A DNA stretch of 64,000 nt. Source: Zootoca vivipara (taxonomy: Eukaryota). Under the pieces are notes generated by a model that worked only from the letters and a program-made list of their open reading frames with translations, was not told the DNA's origin and made no database searches. Shown here one piece after another: positions 38,311 to 51,067 of the stretch. The position numbers were made by a program, and so were the translations under genes. Each line of letters begins with the position of its first letter. The first letter of the stretch is position 1. The stretch spans positions 29,512,001-29,576,000 of the forward strand of contig NC_083292.1 in NCBI RefSeq assembly GCF_963506605.1, read 5' to 3'.

Positions 38311-38933
38311 ACCTTCAAACGAAGGCATTCATATTCCCAGCGAGTTCAAACACAGCCGCTGTGGTTTTGAATGCCTTGTTCCAGGATCCTTTGACCAGCG
38401 TCACTGTCTGCCTGAGAAGCTACACACTGCTGACCCGCTCCTACGGCCTCTTCTCTTACGCCACACAAAAAAGCGACAATGAGCTCCTGATCTTCAAGCC
38501 CAAACCCAACCAATACAACTTTTATGTGGGTAGCTCAACAGTGACCTTCAGTGTTCCGGAAAGAACAACCTCTGGACCTCGGTGGGAGCACATCTGCATG
38601 AGCTGGGAGTCTGCCACGGGGTTGGTGGAGTTCTGGTTGGACGGGCAGCCTCTCCCCCGAATGGGCATGAAGAAGGGTTACTCTATAGGCCCAAGGGGAT
38701 CCCTTCTCCTGGGGCAAGATCAGGATACCGTTGGAGGTGGCTTTGATATCAACCAGTGCTTTGAAGGAGAGCTCACAGATGTGTACATGTGGGACCGGGT
38801 GCTGACCTCAGACGAGGTGCTTCTCATCCGCAATGGTGGCACCCTTTCCAACTATCTTGTCAACTGGAGATCCCTCAGCTATCAAATTAAGGGGTATGTC
38901 GTAGTTAAGCCTTCCCTTATGACCATCTACTGA
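38311..38933 (+). CDS. Short pentraxin PTX-A exon 2, pentraxin domain (228-aa precursor)
   Basis: Acceptor cctgcctccag|AC. DLQTKAFIFP...FSYAT..DNE...HICMSWES (pentraxin signature HxCxS/TWxS)...LGQDQD..GGGFD...GELTDVYMWD. AATAAA at 39153. Confidence 0.95.
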
Positions 38934-39109
38934 ACTAGGGAGCTGTCTTAAATGAAGCCCTTGCCTAAAAAGAAATGGAGCTGTCTTAAAATTATCCAGA
39001 TTTTCTTCAGGGTGTTTCAGTCATGACGGTGTTGATGTCAACTCTTTCAGCCTGTAAACAAGTTCCAGGAAATCATACATGCAACTTCTCCTATATACCA
39101 TTGCCCTTC

Positions 39110-39157
<48 letters not shown>
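39110..39157. repeat. (AAT)n microsatellite in the PTX-A 3' UTR
   Basis: About 15 tandem AAT units ending in AATAAA. Confidence 0.95.
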
Positions 39158-39158
<1 letters not shown>

Positions 39159-40725
39159 GATTGCATTTTATTTCCTTTTCCTTTTTTAAAAAAATGTTTG
39201 TATTGCTGAGGAGAGAATGGGACAGATGTCTAACCGGATGTGGGAATGCTGTGGATACTAGCAGAGGATATATTGATTTAATAGTATCCTTCCTCAGTCA
39301 TGCTTGTGGGTCAACAGCAGAGTGCATTCCCCGATATATAGCAGGAAGCTAGTTGGTAGATTTGTTTGAATCCCTTTACAGTACTTAAGCAATCCAATCT
39401 GGCTTTGTCCAAGGGAGTCCCCTTTTATCCCTCCTAAATAGAATAAAGACACAACAATCTTCTTTACAAGTAATAAGAAGTTTACTTGCATTCAGTTCAC
39501 AGTTGGATCCCTGAAGGCAGGCTTTAGCTTAAGAGTTACAGAAAAGAATGTGGGTTCGTCCCACATGGGGATTTCAGCCCATGTCCTGCTGGCTGAGAGC
39601 CAGCAGACAGCAAAATACAACAGTATCAGCAGAAAAACAGCAAAAGAGAAAGAATGGCATCAAGAGGAATATGGCTGCGTGACCAGCCCTTTTTATGGGG
39701 TCTCCCAGGGTCATGCCCATCTACCTGGTCACACGCAGAGGGAGGAAGCTCCAGACCAGGTGTGACAGGAAGTCCTCCTGGCTGGAGTAACATTCCCCTC
39801 TGTGTCCACTCTGGGCAAACAGGAAGTGCTGTACTTGTCTGCTTATGTTACATCCCACAGCGGAATGGTCCAGGCAGGTTTTGGGAGGAAAGGCTTTGTT
39901 TTGCTTCTCCCAAAATCTGGAGGTGGGGAAGTAGAGTTGTGTGCACAATGGCCTCTTGGCACCCTCCATCCTATTTTGGAAGCAGATCACTTTGGGTTTT
40001 TTTGGGGGGGGCGGCTTTCACAACATTTCTCCAAGGGTAGGAGAAATTCCCCAATGTTCTCTCAGGGGTGGCCTCACCTGCACCGTTAGCAGCGGTAGCA
40101 GCGCAGCTACCTTCCAGACTGGAGAAAGGGAATAAAATAACTGTTTCCACAGATGCGTAAAATTGCTTTTACCTCAGTGAGGATATTTAGTAATTTATAG
40201 ATCTGTATCAAATGGGAACTTCACAGTCTGAACATTTTGACAGTAAGAGCAGTTTAACAATGAAAACAATTAAGTAGAGCAGTGGGGGAGAACTTTTCTG
40301 GCTCCTCCCAAGCCAACATTGATGGTAGGTTAGTTTTTCTGTACACACTCACAAACCATTCTGTCTTGCATCCAGGCAAGTAAAAGACACCATCACACTT
40401 CAAGGACTCATTCTGGCCAAGCAAAGACACTCAAGGGGGGTGCAGAGCATATTGCAGATATTAATATTGCGCAGCTTGAAGCAGTAGGATGAATAAAAAG
40501 TCTTGGAATAAAGATTGTCCAGACCCATCAATATACTGTAATTCGAAAGCTTTACTCCAGAACTTTCTTCAAACAGACTTAAGTGGTTGCATAATTTAAA
40601 TGCTTCTCCAAGCATAGGTTCAGCGCCTTTAAAATATAATGCAACTCCAAACAGACCAGAAATCAAAAGTCTTCCTCTCCACACAGACTCCATTAAAGTC
40701 TGGAGCTGTTTTCTCGCCAGCAGAG

Positions 40726-41130
40726 ACCTGATTAGTACATATTTCTACTTTGGTGGTTTTCGGACCCACACAAAATTGTGGTTTGAAGCCCTCCCATATA
40801 TGTCTCTCATTGCCAGAGAATTGAAAGGGTTGGGGATTCAGTTCCTTACAACAGACCACCGGCCCTCAGAGTGCTTTACTCCCATTCCAGAATATTCCGC
40901 GCCTCGTGCTAAGCCTACAGGTGACCTTTTTTTCTGAAGTAGCGAAGAAGACAATGCACAGTGTGATAAGTCAAGCTCCCAGCTCAGGTGGTGGCCACTG
41001 TGGGGATTTCCAGACATCCAGCAGCATTTCAGAGGGCTTTAAACAGAAGAAACGCAGCTTTGTTTCAGGTAAAAGGCACCCTTTGTTTCCAATAAGAGAC
41101 ATTATTTTGGCCAAGGAGGACTCGGTGACA
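40726..41130 (+). pseudogene. Candidate decayed pentraxin exon-2 remnant
   Basis: Phase-1 ag|AC CTG start reading DLISTYFYF (cf. DLQTKAFIF), followed by colinear nucleotide remnants of VVLKA, TDLxRPxxxFSY, VTF and IILGQEQDS. The preceding sequence is homologous to the PTX-C intron. Frameshifts and stops are present. Confidence 0.45.
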
Positions 41131-41495
41131 GCGTGGAATCTTGTTCAGACCTCATGTTTCCCCATCGCCAAGTCATGGCTCTGAGATCAGGAGAGGACTT
41201 GAACTTCCTCCCCTCTGCTTTTGTCCTTCAATAGAGTTTTGTCTCCAACACAACTGAAGACCAAACAATCTAAAACTGATAATTTAGTCTAGGAATGGTG
41301 GAAGAAATTTGATTTCATTCACCTTTAAAGGCAAAAGCAATGTATGCAGCGCTTTCCAAAGCAATACGTGAACTGGAACGCAGTTTCTGAATTTTTCAAT
41401 GCCGTTCTACAGCCACGTAATGTGGGCATGAATGCACACCCTTGGATAGGAGTGGGCATAAACATGTGTATATTAGTAAATAACATACAAAATAT

Positions 41496-42196
41496 GAGAG
41501 CACAAAATATGGTCTGAAGCTCAACATCAAAAAAACCAAGATCATGGCCACTGGTCCCATCACCTCCTGGCAAATAGAAGGGGAAGAAATGGAGGCAGTG
41601 AGAGATTTTTACTTTCTTGGGCTCCTTGATGACTGCAGATGGTGACAGCAGTCACAAAATTAAAAGACGCCTGCTTATTGGGAGAAAAGCAATGACAAAC
41701 CTAGACAGCATCTTAAAAAGCAGAGACATCACCTTGCTGACAAAGGTCCGTATACCGGTAGTTAAAGCTATGGTTGTAGTGATGTATGGAAATGAGAGCT
41801 GGACCATAAAGAAGGCTGATCGCCGAAGAATTGATGCTTTTGAATTATGGTGCTGGAGGAGTCTCTTGAGAGTCCCATGGACTGCAAGAAGATCAAACCT
41901 ATCCATTCTTAAGGAAATCAGCCCTGAGTGCTCACTGGAAGGACAGATCATGAAGCTGAGGCTCCAATACTTTGGCCACCTCATGAGAAGAGAAGACTCC
42001 CTGGAAAGGACCCTGATGTTGGGGCACTAGGAGAAGGGGACGACAGAGGACGAGATGGTTGGACAGAGTTCTCGAAGCTACGAACATGAGTTTGACCAAA
42101 CTGCGGGAGGCAGTGCAAGACAGGAGTGCCTGGCGTGCTATGGTCCATGGGGTCACGAAGAGTTGGACACAACTAAACGACTAAACAACAACAACA
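41496..42196 (+). mobile_element. BovB (RTE) LINE, ~700-bp 3' fragment
   Basis: DSSHKIKRRLL.GRKAMTNLDSILKSRDITL.TKVR...ESWTIKKADRRRIDAFELWCWR; (CAA)n tail; flanking repeat aacatacaaaa. Confidence 0.92.
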
Positions 42197-43017
42197 TACA
42201 AAAATGCATTGTATTTGAAAAAATGGCTGTGCAGAACATTGTATGTTACCCAAAATCTTATATAAATGGTGGGAAATGGAAATGGACAGATTTGCCCCTC
42301 CCCAGCACCTCCCCACTGATAAGCAAGAGGCATCATCATAGATCAAGGATACATTTGAGTCAGGTGGGAGACCAGAACAGGGATGGCGAGAAGATTAAAA
42401 CAATTCACTGGAAAAAGTATCAAATGAAGCAGAACTGCAGTGTGTATACTGGCAAGTCACCAGAGAGCTCTGTTTCTCAAAGAATGACGTATTTTTGCAA
42501 TGAAATTTCCCCTAACATAATGCATTCCTGTATTTATTTATTTTTAACTAATAAATGCATTTACATGCAGACTTTACCCTAGAGCAGGTGTGGGGAAACT
42601 TTGGCCCTTCACTTGTTTCTGAACTACAATTCCCATTATCCCTAGCAAGTATGGCCAATAGCTAGGCATGATGGGAGCCGTAGTTCAGCAACCTCTGGAG
42701 GGCCAAAGGTTCCCCACACATGCCTTAGCACATGCCACACAGGACGTGGCAGGGTAACCGCATTGCAAAATTCAGAGTACAAATTTCACAGGATGTCTGG
42801 GTTTGGGTTCACATATAGTTTAGGAAAGCGGGAATTAATTATGTTTGTCTTTAAATGTGAACTGAATTGGATTTCTGTCCCTTCCCTAAGTTGGAGGGTG
42901 AATGTAGGGAGCCTCCCACAGTCTTGGAGGCTTCCTGCATATTTCAGGTGTTCCAGAGAGGCAAAGCCACCTGGTTTGCTCAGAAGGAAGGTGTTAAACC
43001 AAGCAAAGGTCTGGTGA

Positions 43018-43515
43018 ATAATAATAATAATAATAATAATTTTATTTATACCCCGCCCTTCCCATTCATGACTGGGCTCAGGGCGGCTAACAACAAGAAT
43101 ATCAAAGCAAGCATAAAAGAAACAATTCAATTAAAATGCAGATTAAATACAATGTTAAAAATCAATTTTAAAATTAGGAATCTACAAGTGCAACCTCATT
43201 TAAATATCTGTAGGATAAAGCCTTAGGGGAGGGTAACACCGGGGTCAGACTGAGTCAGTCCAAAGTCCAAGCGGAACAGCTCCGTCTTGCAGGCCCTACA
43301 AAAAGATGACAACTCCCGCTGGGCCCTAGTGTCCTGAGAGAGAGCATTCCACCAGGTCGGGGCTAGTACTGAGAAGGCCCTGGTCCTGGCCGAGGCCAGT
43401 CTAACCACCTTGTGACTCGGGATCTCCAGTATGTTATTATTTGTGGACCTTAATGTCCTCTGCGGGGCATACCGGGAGAGGCGGTCCTGTAGGTACGAGG
43501 GTCCTAAGCCGCATA
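43018..43515 (-). mobile_element. L2-clade LINE 3' fragment
   Basis: GLGPSYLQDRLSRYAPQRTLRS...RAFSVLAPTWWNAL; same subfamily as 62690-63173. Confidence 0.82.
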
Positions 43516-44923
43516 AGTGGTGAATGCTAAGAAACTTGCCTGGGGAGAATCCAAGGGCCAGGCAAAGATTCCTGGGGGGCCACATCTGGTCCTTGGGCCT
43601 GAGACCTCTCACCCCTGCCCTAGCATCCAAAGGGCAGAACATCATCATAAAAGCACAGAAGTAAATGCCAGAGGTGCTCTTGTGGATTAAGGGGGCAGTA
43701 ATCTTGATTGTTCTGTAAGATTATCCCTATGATAGGAAATACACTTTAATAAACTTGCCTCTAATCTTTTCAGCAGCCTTGGCAGGCATAAAAAGCCACC
43801 TGAGAAGCAACATTTACCAGAATGGGCAACCGACCTTCTGGACATGTGTTTCATAAGAACAGGTGCCAGGTAGAAATCAGCGGCCAAGAAGATGGAGTCT
43901 CAAGGAGGTTGCCAACACACACCCTGGAAGGAGACACGAGAGACAAGTGGTGGTGGTCCTATTAAACATATCATTTGTGCTCATATTAAACATAGCAGAT
44001 AGAAGATTTGCCAAAAACCCCACCTAATTGTGTAACTATGGTGGGTTTGAATTAACGCCTAAGAGGGAAGTATCCCTCAATCCCCTGGGCATATGAAAAA
44101 CTGTGTTCCATGGCTCAGCGGCCAAGAACGATGGGAAAACTCTCTCTCCTTGCTCAGAGAACCCAATATGTTCACCCAGACCCATCGGCCAGGATTCACC
44201 AAGATGCACATGCCAGGTCCGAAGGACACCCCAAGCTGAAGGCTGTAGAAGGGGACAGGCTCAAGGCTCAAAACCTGCATAAAGCTGGAGAAAACAAATT
44301 TCAACATTTTGTGCCAAATAGCTCACAATGTATGGGAAATAATATAACAATTCAAAAAACAGATTCAGGTAGGTAGCCGTGTTGGTCTGTCATAGTCATA
44401 ATAAATAACAAGATGAAAGATTAAAAAAAATTATGAAAAGATGGTCCAAAAAGAGCTCCCTTAAGTCTTTTTGTCTTAAGACAGACTTTAAAAGACTCTA
44501 AATTCTTTTTATTTTGGAAATAATTCCAGTAGCATAGATTCACAAATCACACCATATTGATAATAAAAAAATGCATCCTTGGATCCTTTTAAAAGTCTAA
44601 AGGGTGTGCCTCCCCCATTTTTTTCAAGCAAAGAACTGTATCACAAAATTCTGAGAGTTCAGATACATTATTTCATTCAGTGTGATTTCTCCACATTGAA
44701 TTTTTCAGAAAACCTACCGTATTTCTACCTGTAAATTCTGTATCCCACAAGGTTGTCTGGAAAGCCTCCCGCCATCTGTGTGGGCTAAGAGGGATCATTT
44801 TCATACTGGCAGGGTTTTGCTTTTTTAAAAACCCAGCTGACAACTGATACCACGTTTGGGATGGGAAAAAATATTTCCATCTATTTCATGGATTATCCCC
44901 CTGCAAATCCCTTGCTGTGCACC

Positions 44924-44930
44924 TATAAAT
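44924..44930 (+). promoter_or_regulatory. TATA box of PTX-B
   Basis: TATAAAT ~140 nt upstream of the ATG, followed by ccagagag as in the PTX-D promoter. Confidence 0.65.
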
Positions 44931-45066
44931 ACCAGAGAGACTCTCCAGTAGCTCCAAATCGGTGATCAGCTTCAACCAGGGAGGAGGTCTCCAAGGTAGA
45001 TCTGATCGTTTCGCGGAGATCCATTTCATCCTCCCTCCAGGCCCCTCCCACCGAGCAGCCAGCAGC

Positions 45067-45130
45067 ATGGAGATCTTCCATCCCTTTCTCCTCATCCTTG
45101 CTGGCCTGCTGGGATCTCTTGCCCAGGAAG
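45067..45130 (+). CDS. Short pentraxin PTX-B exon 1, signal peptide
   Basis: MEIFHPFLLILAGLLGSLAQE(D), good Kozak context (agcATGG), donor GAAG|gtgggt. Confidence 0.9.
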
Positions 45131-45859
45131 GTGGGTGCCATGTTGAGCTGTAAAAGCAACCCAGGGGTGTGAGCTGGAAGGCTGGGGCACATTCGTGAAA
45201 GTGACTTTAGAGGAGATAAGACAAATTCATGGTGTAGGATGGGGCTATCAAGGGCTATTAGGCATGACATATGGAAACAAAGAATTGCAGCAAGGAGTGC
45301 AGCTTTTCACAATTCCAACTCCTTCTTTCCACCCTTTCCACCATCCCTTTAAAAAAAAAAGCTTTTCTGTTTCTGAGTTGTTCTGTGTTCTGTTCTGCTT
45401 CCACCTGTGATTCAGGTTCTGAGTCTTTTTGTGTTCCCCATAATCTTTTATGGGGAATATAAAAGCAGCTATCACTCCCTCCCCCTTTTGACAGAAGCAG
45501 ATGGAATTTGCAGGTAATCGTTCCAGACAATACTTTCTACTATTTGAAATATAGATGTTTTCAAAACTTGTGCTGTCTCTTAATCGGAATCAGTTTGTCT
45601 CCCTTTTCTATGATACTCTCGACTGGAGATATTCAAACCAGAATAGAAAATCACCACCTATTAACTGTTTTATTTCTTCTTATGACCGAAAAAAGTCATC
45701 ATATACCTAATTAAACTATGGAATTTGCTCCCACGAGAAGTAATGATGACTTCCAGCAGCAGCAGCAGCAGCAATTTTATTATTTATACCCCACCCATCT
45801 AGCTGGGTTTCCAGGAGGGCTTTAAAAGAGAAGTAGATGAATTCATGGGGAATGGCTAT

Positions 45860-46324
45860 TGTCAGGCCTGAGGAGGAATGGTGGGAACCGAGAAGAGGAG
45901 GACAGTATAGATTTAGAACAGTGGTTTGCAGAAGGTCATTGTTCAGAGGCTGCAGAGGAGAAGAGCTGGGAAATATTGGGGGAGCAGCAGGAAGAAGCAG
46001 CACCAGGGGAGAGACAGCTAACACACTCAGTGTCTCTTGAAAGCATTCCCTCCCCTCCCCTCCCAGAACCAGGTGTGCCTTGAGGGTAGTAGAACAGAAA
46101 GCTCAGAGGCAGAAAGCACAGATAAGCTGGTGCAGTAGTGATGTAGAATAGGAGGGACTGAGGGGGTGGGACTTTACTTGGAGCAACATCATTATCTAAG
46201 AGAGATCGCATTCATTCGTCTCTCTCTGTGAATGTTGAATAAACTACTCGGTAAGAACTCTTCTGGTTTTTCTGCTTCTTGGCATCCCACCGCGAGAGAG
46301 ATAGGATTCCCTGAAGCCTTGACA
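45860..46324 (+). mobile_element. Solo LTR in the PTX-B intron
   Basis: TG...CA termini (tgtcagg...cttgaca), perfect 5-bp TSD gctat, internal AATAAA at ~46238. Confidence 0.75.
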
Positions 46325-46852
46325 GCTATCAATGGCTACAAACCATGATGGCTTTGTCCTATCTCCACTGTTGGAGGTAGTCTGCCTTTGTTTTGTTTTT
46401 TAATCAACATTTTTATTAGGTTTTCCAATTTAAACATCTACTTAATTCTCAAATTATACAAATTATGCAAATATCAATTAAACAATTAATCCAGATCTTC
46501 TGCCAAATTATACAAATTTAAAATTGACTTCCCATGCTTCAGACTCAGAAAGCTATGACCTCCTCCTGTCACTGCTTTCTAATCAATAATATCCAGATCT
46601 TATCCAATAATCTATTAAAATCCTTTCATCTTCTTTCAGGCCCCTGAGTTTTCTCAGGCAAGCGAATTTGACCAACATATAAGTTTCTGTGTGAATTTGT
46701 GCCTATGATTCCTCTGTAAGTTAACGCTGTCTCTTCGCACGCTGGCAGCTTGCCAGGTCTGTGCAGCAATCCAAAGATCCTTCTCTCTCAGCCAGCAGCA
46801 GCCATCTTTAAGCAGTCCCCATAAATCAGATCTTTACGCTCCTATAATAATA

Positions 46853-47196
46853 ATACCTGCCAAGTTCCTGCCTGAAAAATAAGGGATCGGACCGGAAGTA
46901 GCAGACTGGAAGTAGCGCTGCCGCCATTTTGGAACTGGGCGGAGCATGCTCAGAAGCGACTTTTGATGCTGCTCTGCCCTGTTCCAAAATGGCCGCCCCA
47001 CCAGAAGTCGCGCTGCAGCCATTTTGGAACTGGGCAGAGCAGCATCAAAAGTCGCTTCTGAGCATGCTCCGTCCAGTTCCAAAATGGCCACCGTGCCAGA
47101 ATAAACCAGGGAAAAACAAAAAAATCTGTTTTTTCAGCTGGGAACAGCTGGAAAAACGGGGGTTTCCCGGGGAATACAGGAGACTTGGCAGCTATG
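46853..47196. mobile_element. hAT-like non-autonomous element with internal inverted repeats
   Basis: Ends atacctgccaagt...acttggcagctatg, ataataat flanks, internal gccattttggaact...gttccaaaatggc hairpins. Confidence 0.7.
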
Positions 47197-47724
47197 ATAA
47201 TAATTCGCTCCAGATCGCTTCTCGAGATAGCCTTTTCAGGGGGAGAATTGCCAAGTCAAACCTATAAAAACATATCCAATGTCTTATTTATGGCTCTCTC
47301 TCCCCCTTTGACTAATCTCGCGCCGGCGTGGTCTCTCTGTGTCCGACTCTGAATTAAAGCTGCGTCATAACTCAAAAGTTTCTCGACAAGTTTCCAGCTG
47401 CTAATAATACAGTTTCTCTTTGATGACCATGATTTGAGGAGTCTTTAACCACATTCCAGGCAATTCCAATAGTGCTTACTTTGATTATTTATGTTTTCAA
47501 TTCCCACAGCATATATATTCAAAGGACCATATTAATTCAATAAATTTCAACTTTCTCATCTCGCTTGCTTTGTAAATACTATTTTCGGTTCTTTAGGTGG
47601 GAGGTTGTTAAGTGCAAATATAATAAAGCGAAGCTATAAAGTTCTCGCTCCCCCTTTCAGTTCCGTCAAATACATACATTTCTTGTTGGTTACATTCCTC
47701 TGTCATCTTTTGTTTTCTCTTTTT

Positions 47725-48235
47725 TTAAAAAGCAATTTATTAGATTTTCCAATTAAAACACATTAAAAAAGATTAAACAAACAAACATTACAAAAACAAT
47801 CACACACATACATACATCTTTTTTAACAATTCTCTCCCATCTTAAACAGTGCTCCACCGAGCTTGACTTCCCTCCCTCCCCTCATTTGGTTTTCTATTCA
47901 GTTCTTATCTCGCAGTTCCTTTATACTTCCCATTTAATGTCAATTCGTAGGATTTATTTCAGTCCTGCAGGTGTCTTTAAGCTTCTACAGTTCTTTTCCA
48001 TATAGTCCACAAATTTACTCCAGTCTCTTTGGAACCTTGCTTCCCCCTGGTTCCGAATCCTGCTAGTCAGTCTCGCTAATTCTGCATAGTCTATCATTTT
48101 TGTCTGCCACTCTTCAATCGTCGGTAAGTCCTGAGTTTTCCATTTTGGGGCTAACAGTGTCCTAGCCGTGGTTGTCGCATACAAGAATAATATATTGTCC
48201 TCATCTTTTGTTTTCTCAGTGGCAGAGTTTAGCAG
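47725..48235 (-). mobile_element. L1/Tx1-clade LINE 3' fragment (flanking 46400-48530 likely contains further L1 pieces)
   Basis: LFLYATTTARTLLAPKWKTQDLPTIEEWQTKMIDYAELA...F.RDW.KFVDY motif. Confidence 0.72.
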
Positions 48236-48810
48236 AATAAACCTTCTTTCCTTGTCTGAAGCATGTCCGTGACTTAGTCCAATCTTTCTCTTATCATGGA
48301 GCCTGTTTCGCTCGTAGAAATGGCGTTCGGGGGATCCGAATTCCCACGGGGGCTTTTCACCCAGAGCCCCCCATCTTCCCCCTTCCCAAGGTCGGAGATG
48401 GTAGCGGGCCACTGCGGGTGAGACTGCACCCCCCCATACCCTGAGGGGGCTTCGGGAGCCTGCATACTCCCCTTGGCAGCCTCGTAAATCAGCCCGTGAG
48501 ATCGGAGAGGTGGAATCTATCAGCCATTTTCTAGTGCACCCTCAAGTCTGCCTTTGAATGCCAGTTGCTGGGAATCACAAGTACAGAGTGTGTCGTTGAG
48601 CTCATGACATGCGTGTGAGCTTCTCATTGGTTGACCACTGCAAGTACATGATGTTGAACCGGATGTGGCCAACATCCAGACATCCTTCAGATGAGGCACA
48701 TGGAGAATACAGAGCCTAGCGTGAATAATGGCACCGTCTTGACGCCATACTAATCCTTGGGGGACAAAATGCCTGCTCCTTTTAATCTGTTGTCTTCCTC
48801 CACCCCCCAG

Positions 48811-49442
48811 ATCTTGAAAGGAAGGTCTTCATATTCCCGGAATCATCGGACACCAGCCACGTGGTTCTGAAGGCCACCTCACAGCAGCCTTTGACCAGCT
48901 TCACCATCTGCCTGAGATCCTACACCGACATGACCCGCGCTCACACCCTATTCTCTTACGCCACCAAGACGAGCGACAACGAGATCGTGGTCTTCAAATC
49001 CAAAACCAACGAGTACAGCCTTTATGTGGGGACTGCCGATGTGATTTTCTTCTTCCCAGAAAAGCTGGTTTCAGAACCTAGCTGGGAGCAGATCTGTATG
49101 AGTTGGGAATCTGAGACAGGATTAGTGGAGTTCTGGCTCGATGGGCAACCTTTCCCCCGAAACGGTATGATGAAAGGTCATGTTATAAGTCCAGAGGCAT
49201 CGATTGTCCTGGGGCAAGATCAGGATTCCTTTGGGGGTGGCTTTGATATCAACCAGTCCTTTGTAGGGGAGCTCACAGATGTGTACATGTGGGACCGGGT
49301 GCTGTCTGGGGACGAAATGTGCCTTGTGTGGGGCAACCATGTTCCTTCCAACCCAATAATTAACTGGAGATCGTTAAATTATGTCATGAGAGGCTACACC
49401 GTTCTTAAGCCCTCCTTGTTTTCCAACTGTAGAGCTGAGTAG
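48811..49442 (+). CDS. Short pentraxin PTX-B exon 2, pentraxin domain (231-aa precursor)
   Basis: Acceptor caccccccag|AT. DLERKVFIFP...FSYATKTSDNE...QICMSWES...LGQDQDSFGGGFD..QSFVGELTDVYMWD...SNCRAE*. AATAAA at 49656. Confidence 0.95.
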
Positions 49443-49754
49443 GCTTTGAAAACAGATGGAGAGTCTTTAAAAAAAAATTACAAGGGGGTGGACTAAATGA
49501 TCCTTAGGGTCCCTTCCAACTCTACGATTCTATGCTTCTTTGATTGAAACCTCCAACAGGGCAATAGACACTGTTAGTTGCATTGATTTCAATTCTTTCT
49601 GCCAGAATGAGGAGTTCTGTGAAACCCACAAGCTGCCGTTTCCGTTTATTCCTCCAATAAAAGATTAACTCATACGTCTGTTGTATCCTTCAGCAGTTTC
49701 TGCCTTCAACAACAACCTTCGGAGGGGAGACTTGAGTTTGTTTCTTCCAAAGTC

Positions 49755-49760
<6 letters not shown>

Positions 49761-49804
<44 letters not shown>
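49761..49804. repeat. (TG)n microsatellite
   Basis: About 22 TG units. Confidence 0.95.
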
Positions 49805-49807
<3 letters not shown>

Positions 49808-51067
49808 CGCTTTTAAAGCTGATTCTACCTGATTCACACTTTCCAAAACAATGCATGAACTGTCACACAGCCATCCTGCCAATTCCACACTGCTCTGAAC
49901 CTTGCAATGCCATGTCATGTGTACAGCCAACATGTGCAGATACTGGGGGTGAAGTGTGCATACAAATGCGCATATTAGTGAAAAGCAGCTTACAAAATGC
50001 CTTATTTCTATCAGGGAAAATTCTTTTTGCAAAATTGTGCATATTAGGCAAAATTGCCTAGAAAAGTGTGTCTATTAGGAGAAATTTGCACTAAAAAGGT
50101 GATACATTTGGGTGATACTTTTTTCTAATAATGATGATTATGATAATAATAATAATAATAATACTGTAATAATAATAATAAAGCAAATGAGCGTGTGAAG
50201 AACTGAAGTTAAGATTGGGAAAAGGAGAAAATATAGAAATCAATACACTGGCAGATTTACCCGTCTCTAGAGACGTGGGGGGTGGGGGTGCTGATTAATC
50301 GGGGGGCATTTCGTTGCCCTTGTAGTTTGACTTGGGGAAGGGGAACAGCAACTCAACTCATCTTTTTTTGGCCCCAGCACAGAATGGCTAAGCACCTCTA
50401 CCATAAACCACTTGACATCATTTTATGTGTTCACAAATATTTGGACAGTAATCTAAAGTCTGTGAAACTGGGCCTGCAGGATGGTATGTCGTTCCCCCCC
50501 CCCACGCAGGAAAGGTGGAACCAGGTGTTAAATCAACCACACCTTTTTTTTTTTTAAAGTGTATTTTATTGATTTTCAAGAATCACATTTCAGCTGCTCT
50601 TTCACGCCAAACAAAAACCAAGTAAAAAGGAGTACGGTCTCCTCGTTTGCATAAAGCAATTACAAGTCTACACCATGGTATATAAACACATCTAAATTCT
50701 CTCTGTAGCGATTCATGCGTCATCAAAGGTTCTATTCAGGAAGCCGACTTCCTGGCCTAAGTAAGAAACATAAACCAGGTTGTCTCAAGTTTGAAATCAA
50801 TGCCTTTCTGAAAATGTTCTTGCTTTTGAACTCCTTTGTGAAAAACATCCCCCTTTGGACTCCTTTGTGAAAAATTGAAAGCAAGGAAACGCCAGTTGCC
50901 AGTTCTTAGGTAATCTTTCCAGAAGAGGATTTGCCAAAACATTTCCCTTCATGCCCCTCAAGCGCATATTTGGGACAGAATTTGAAGCTCTCAGTTGAGA
51001 ACCGATCTCTTGAAGAGCCTGTTATCTTGACACCCTCTTGCCTCTCTTCGTTCTGCAGTCAGGCAAG

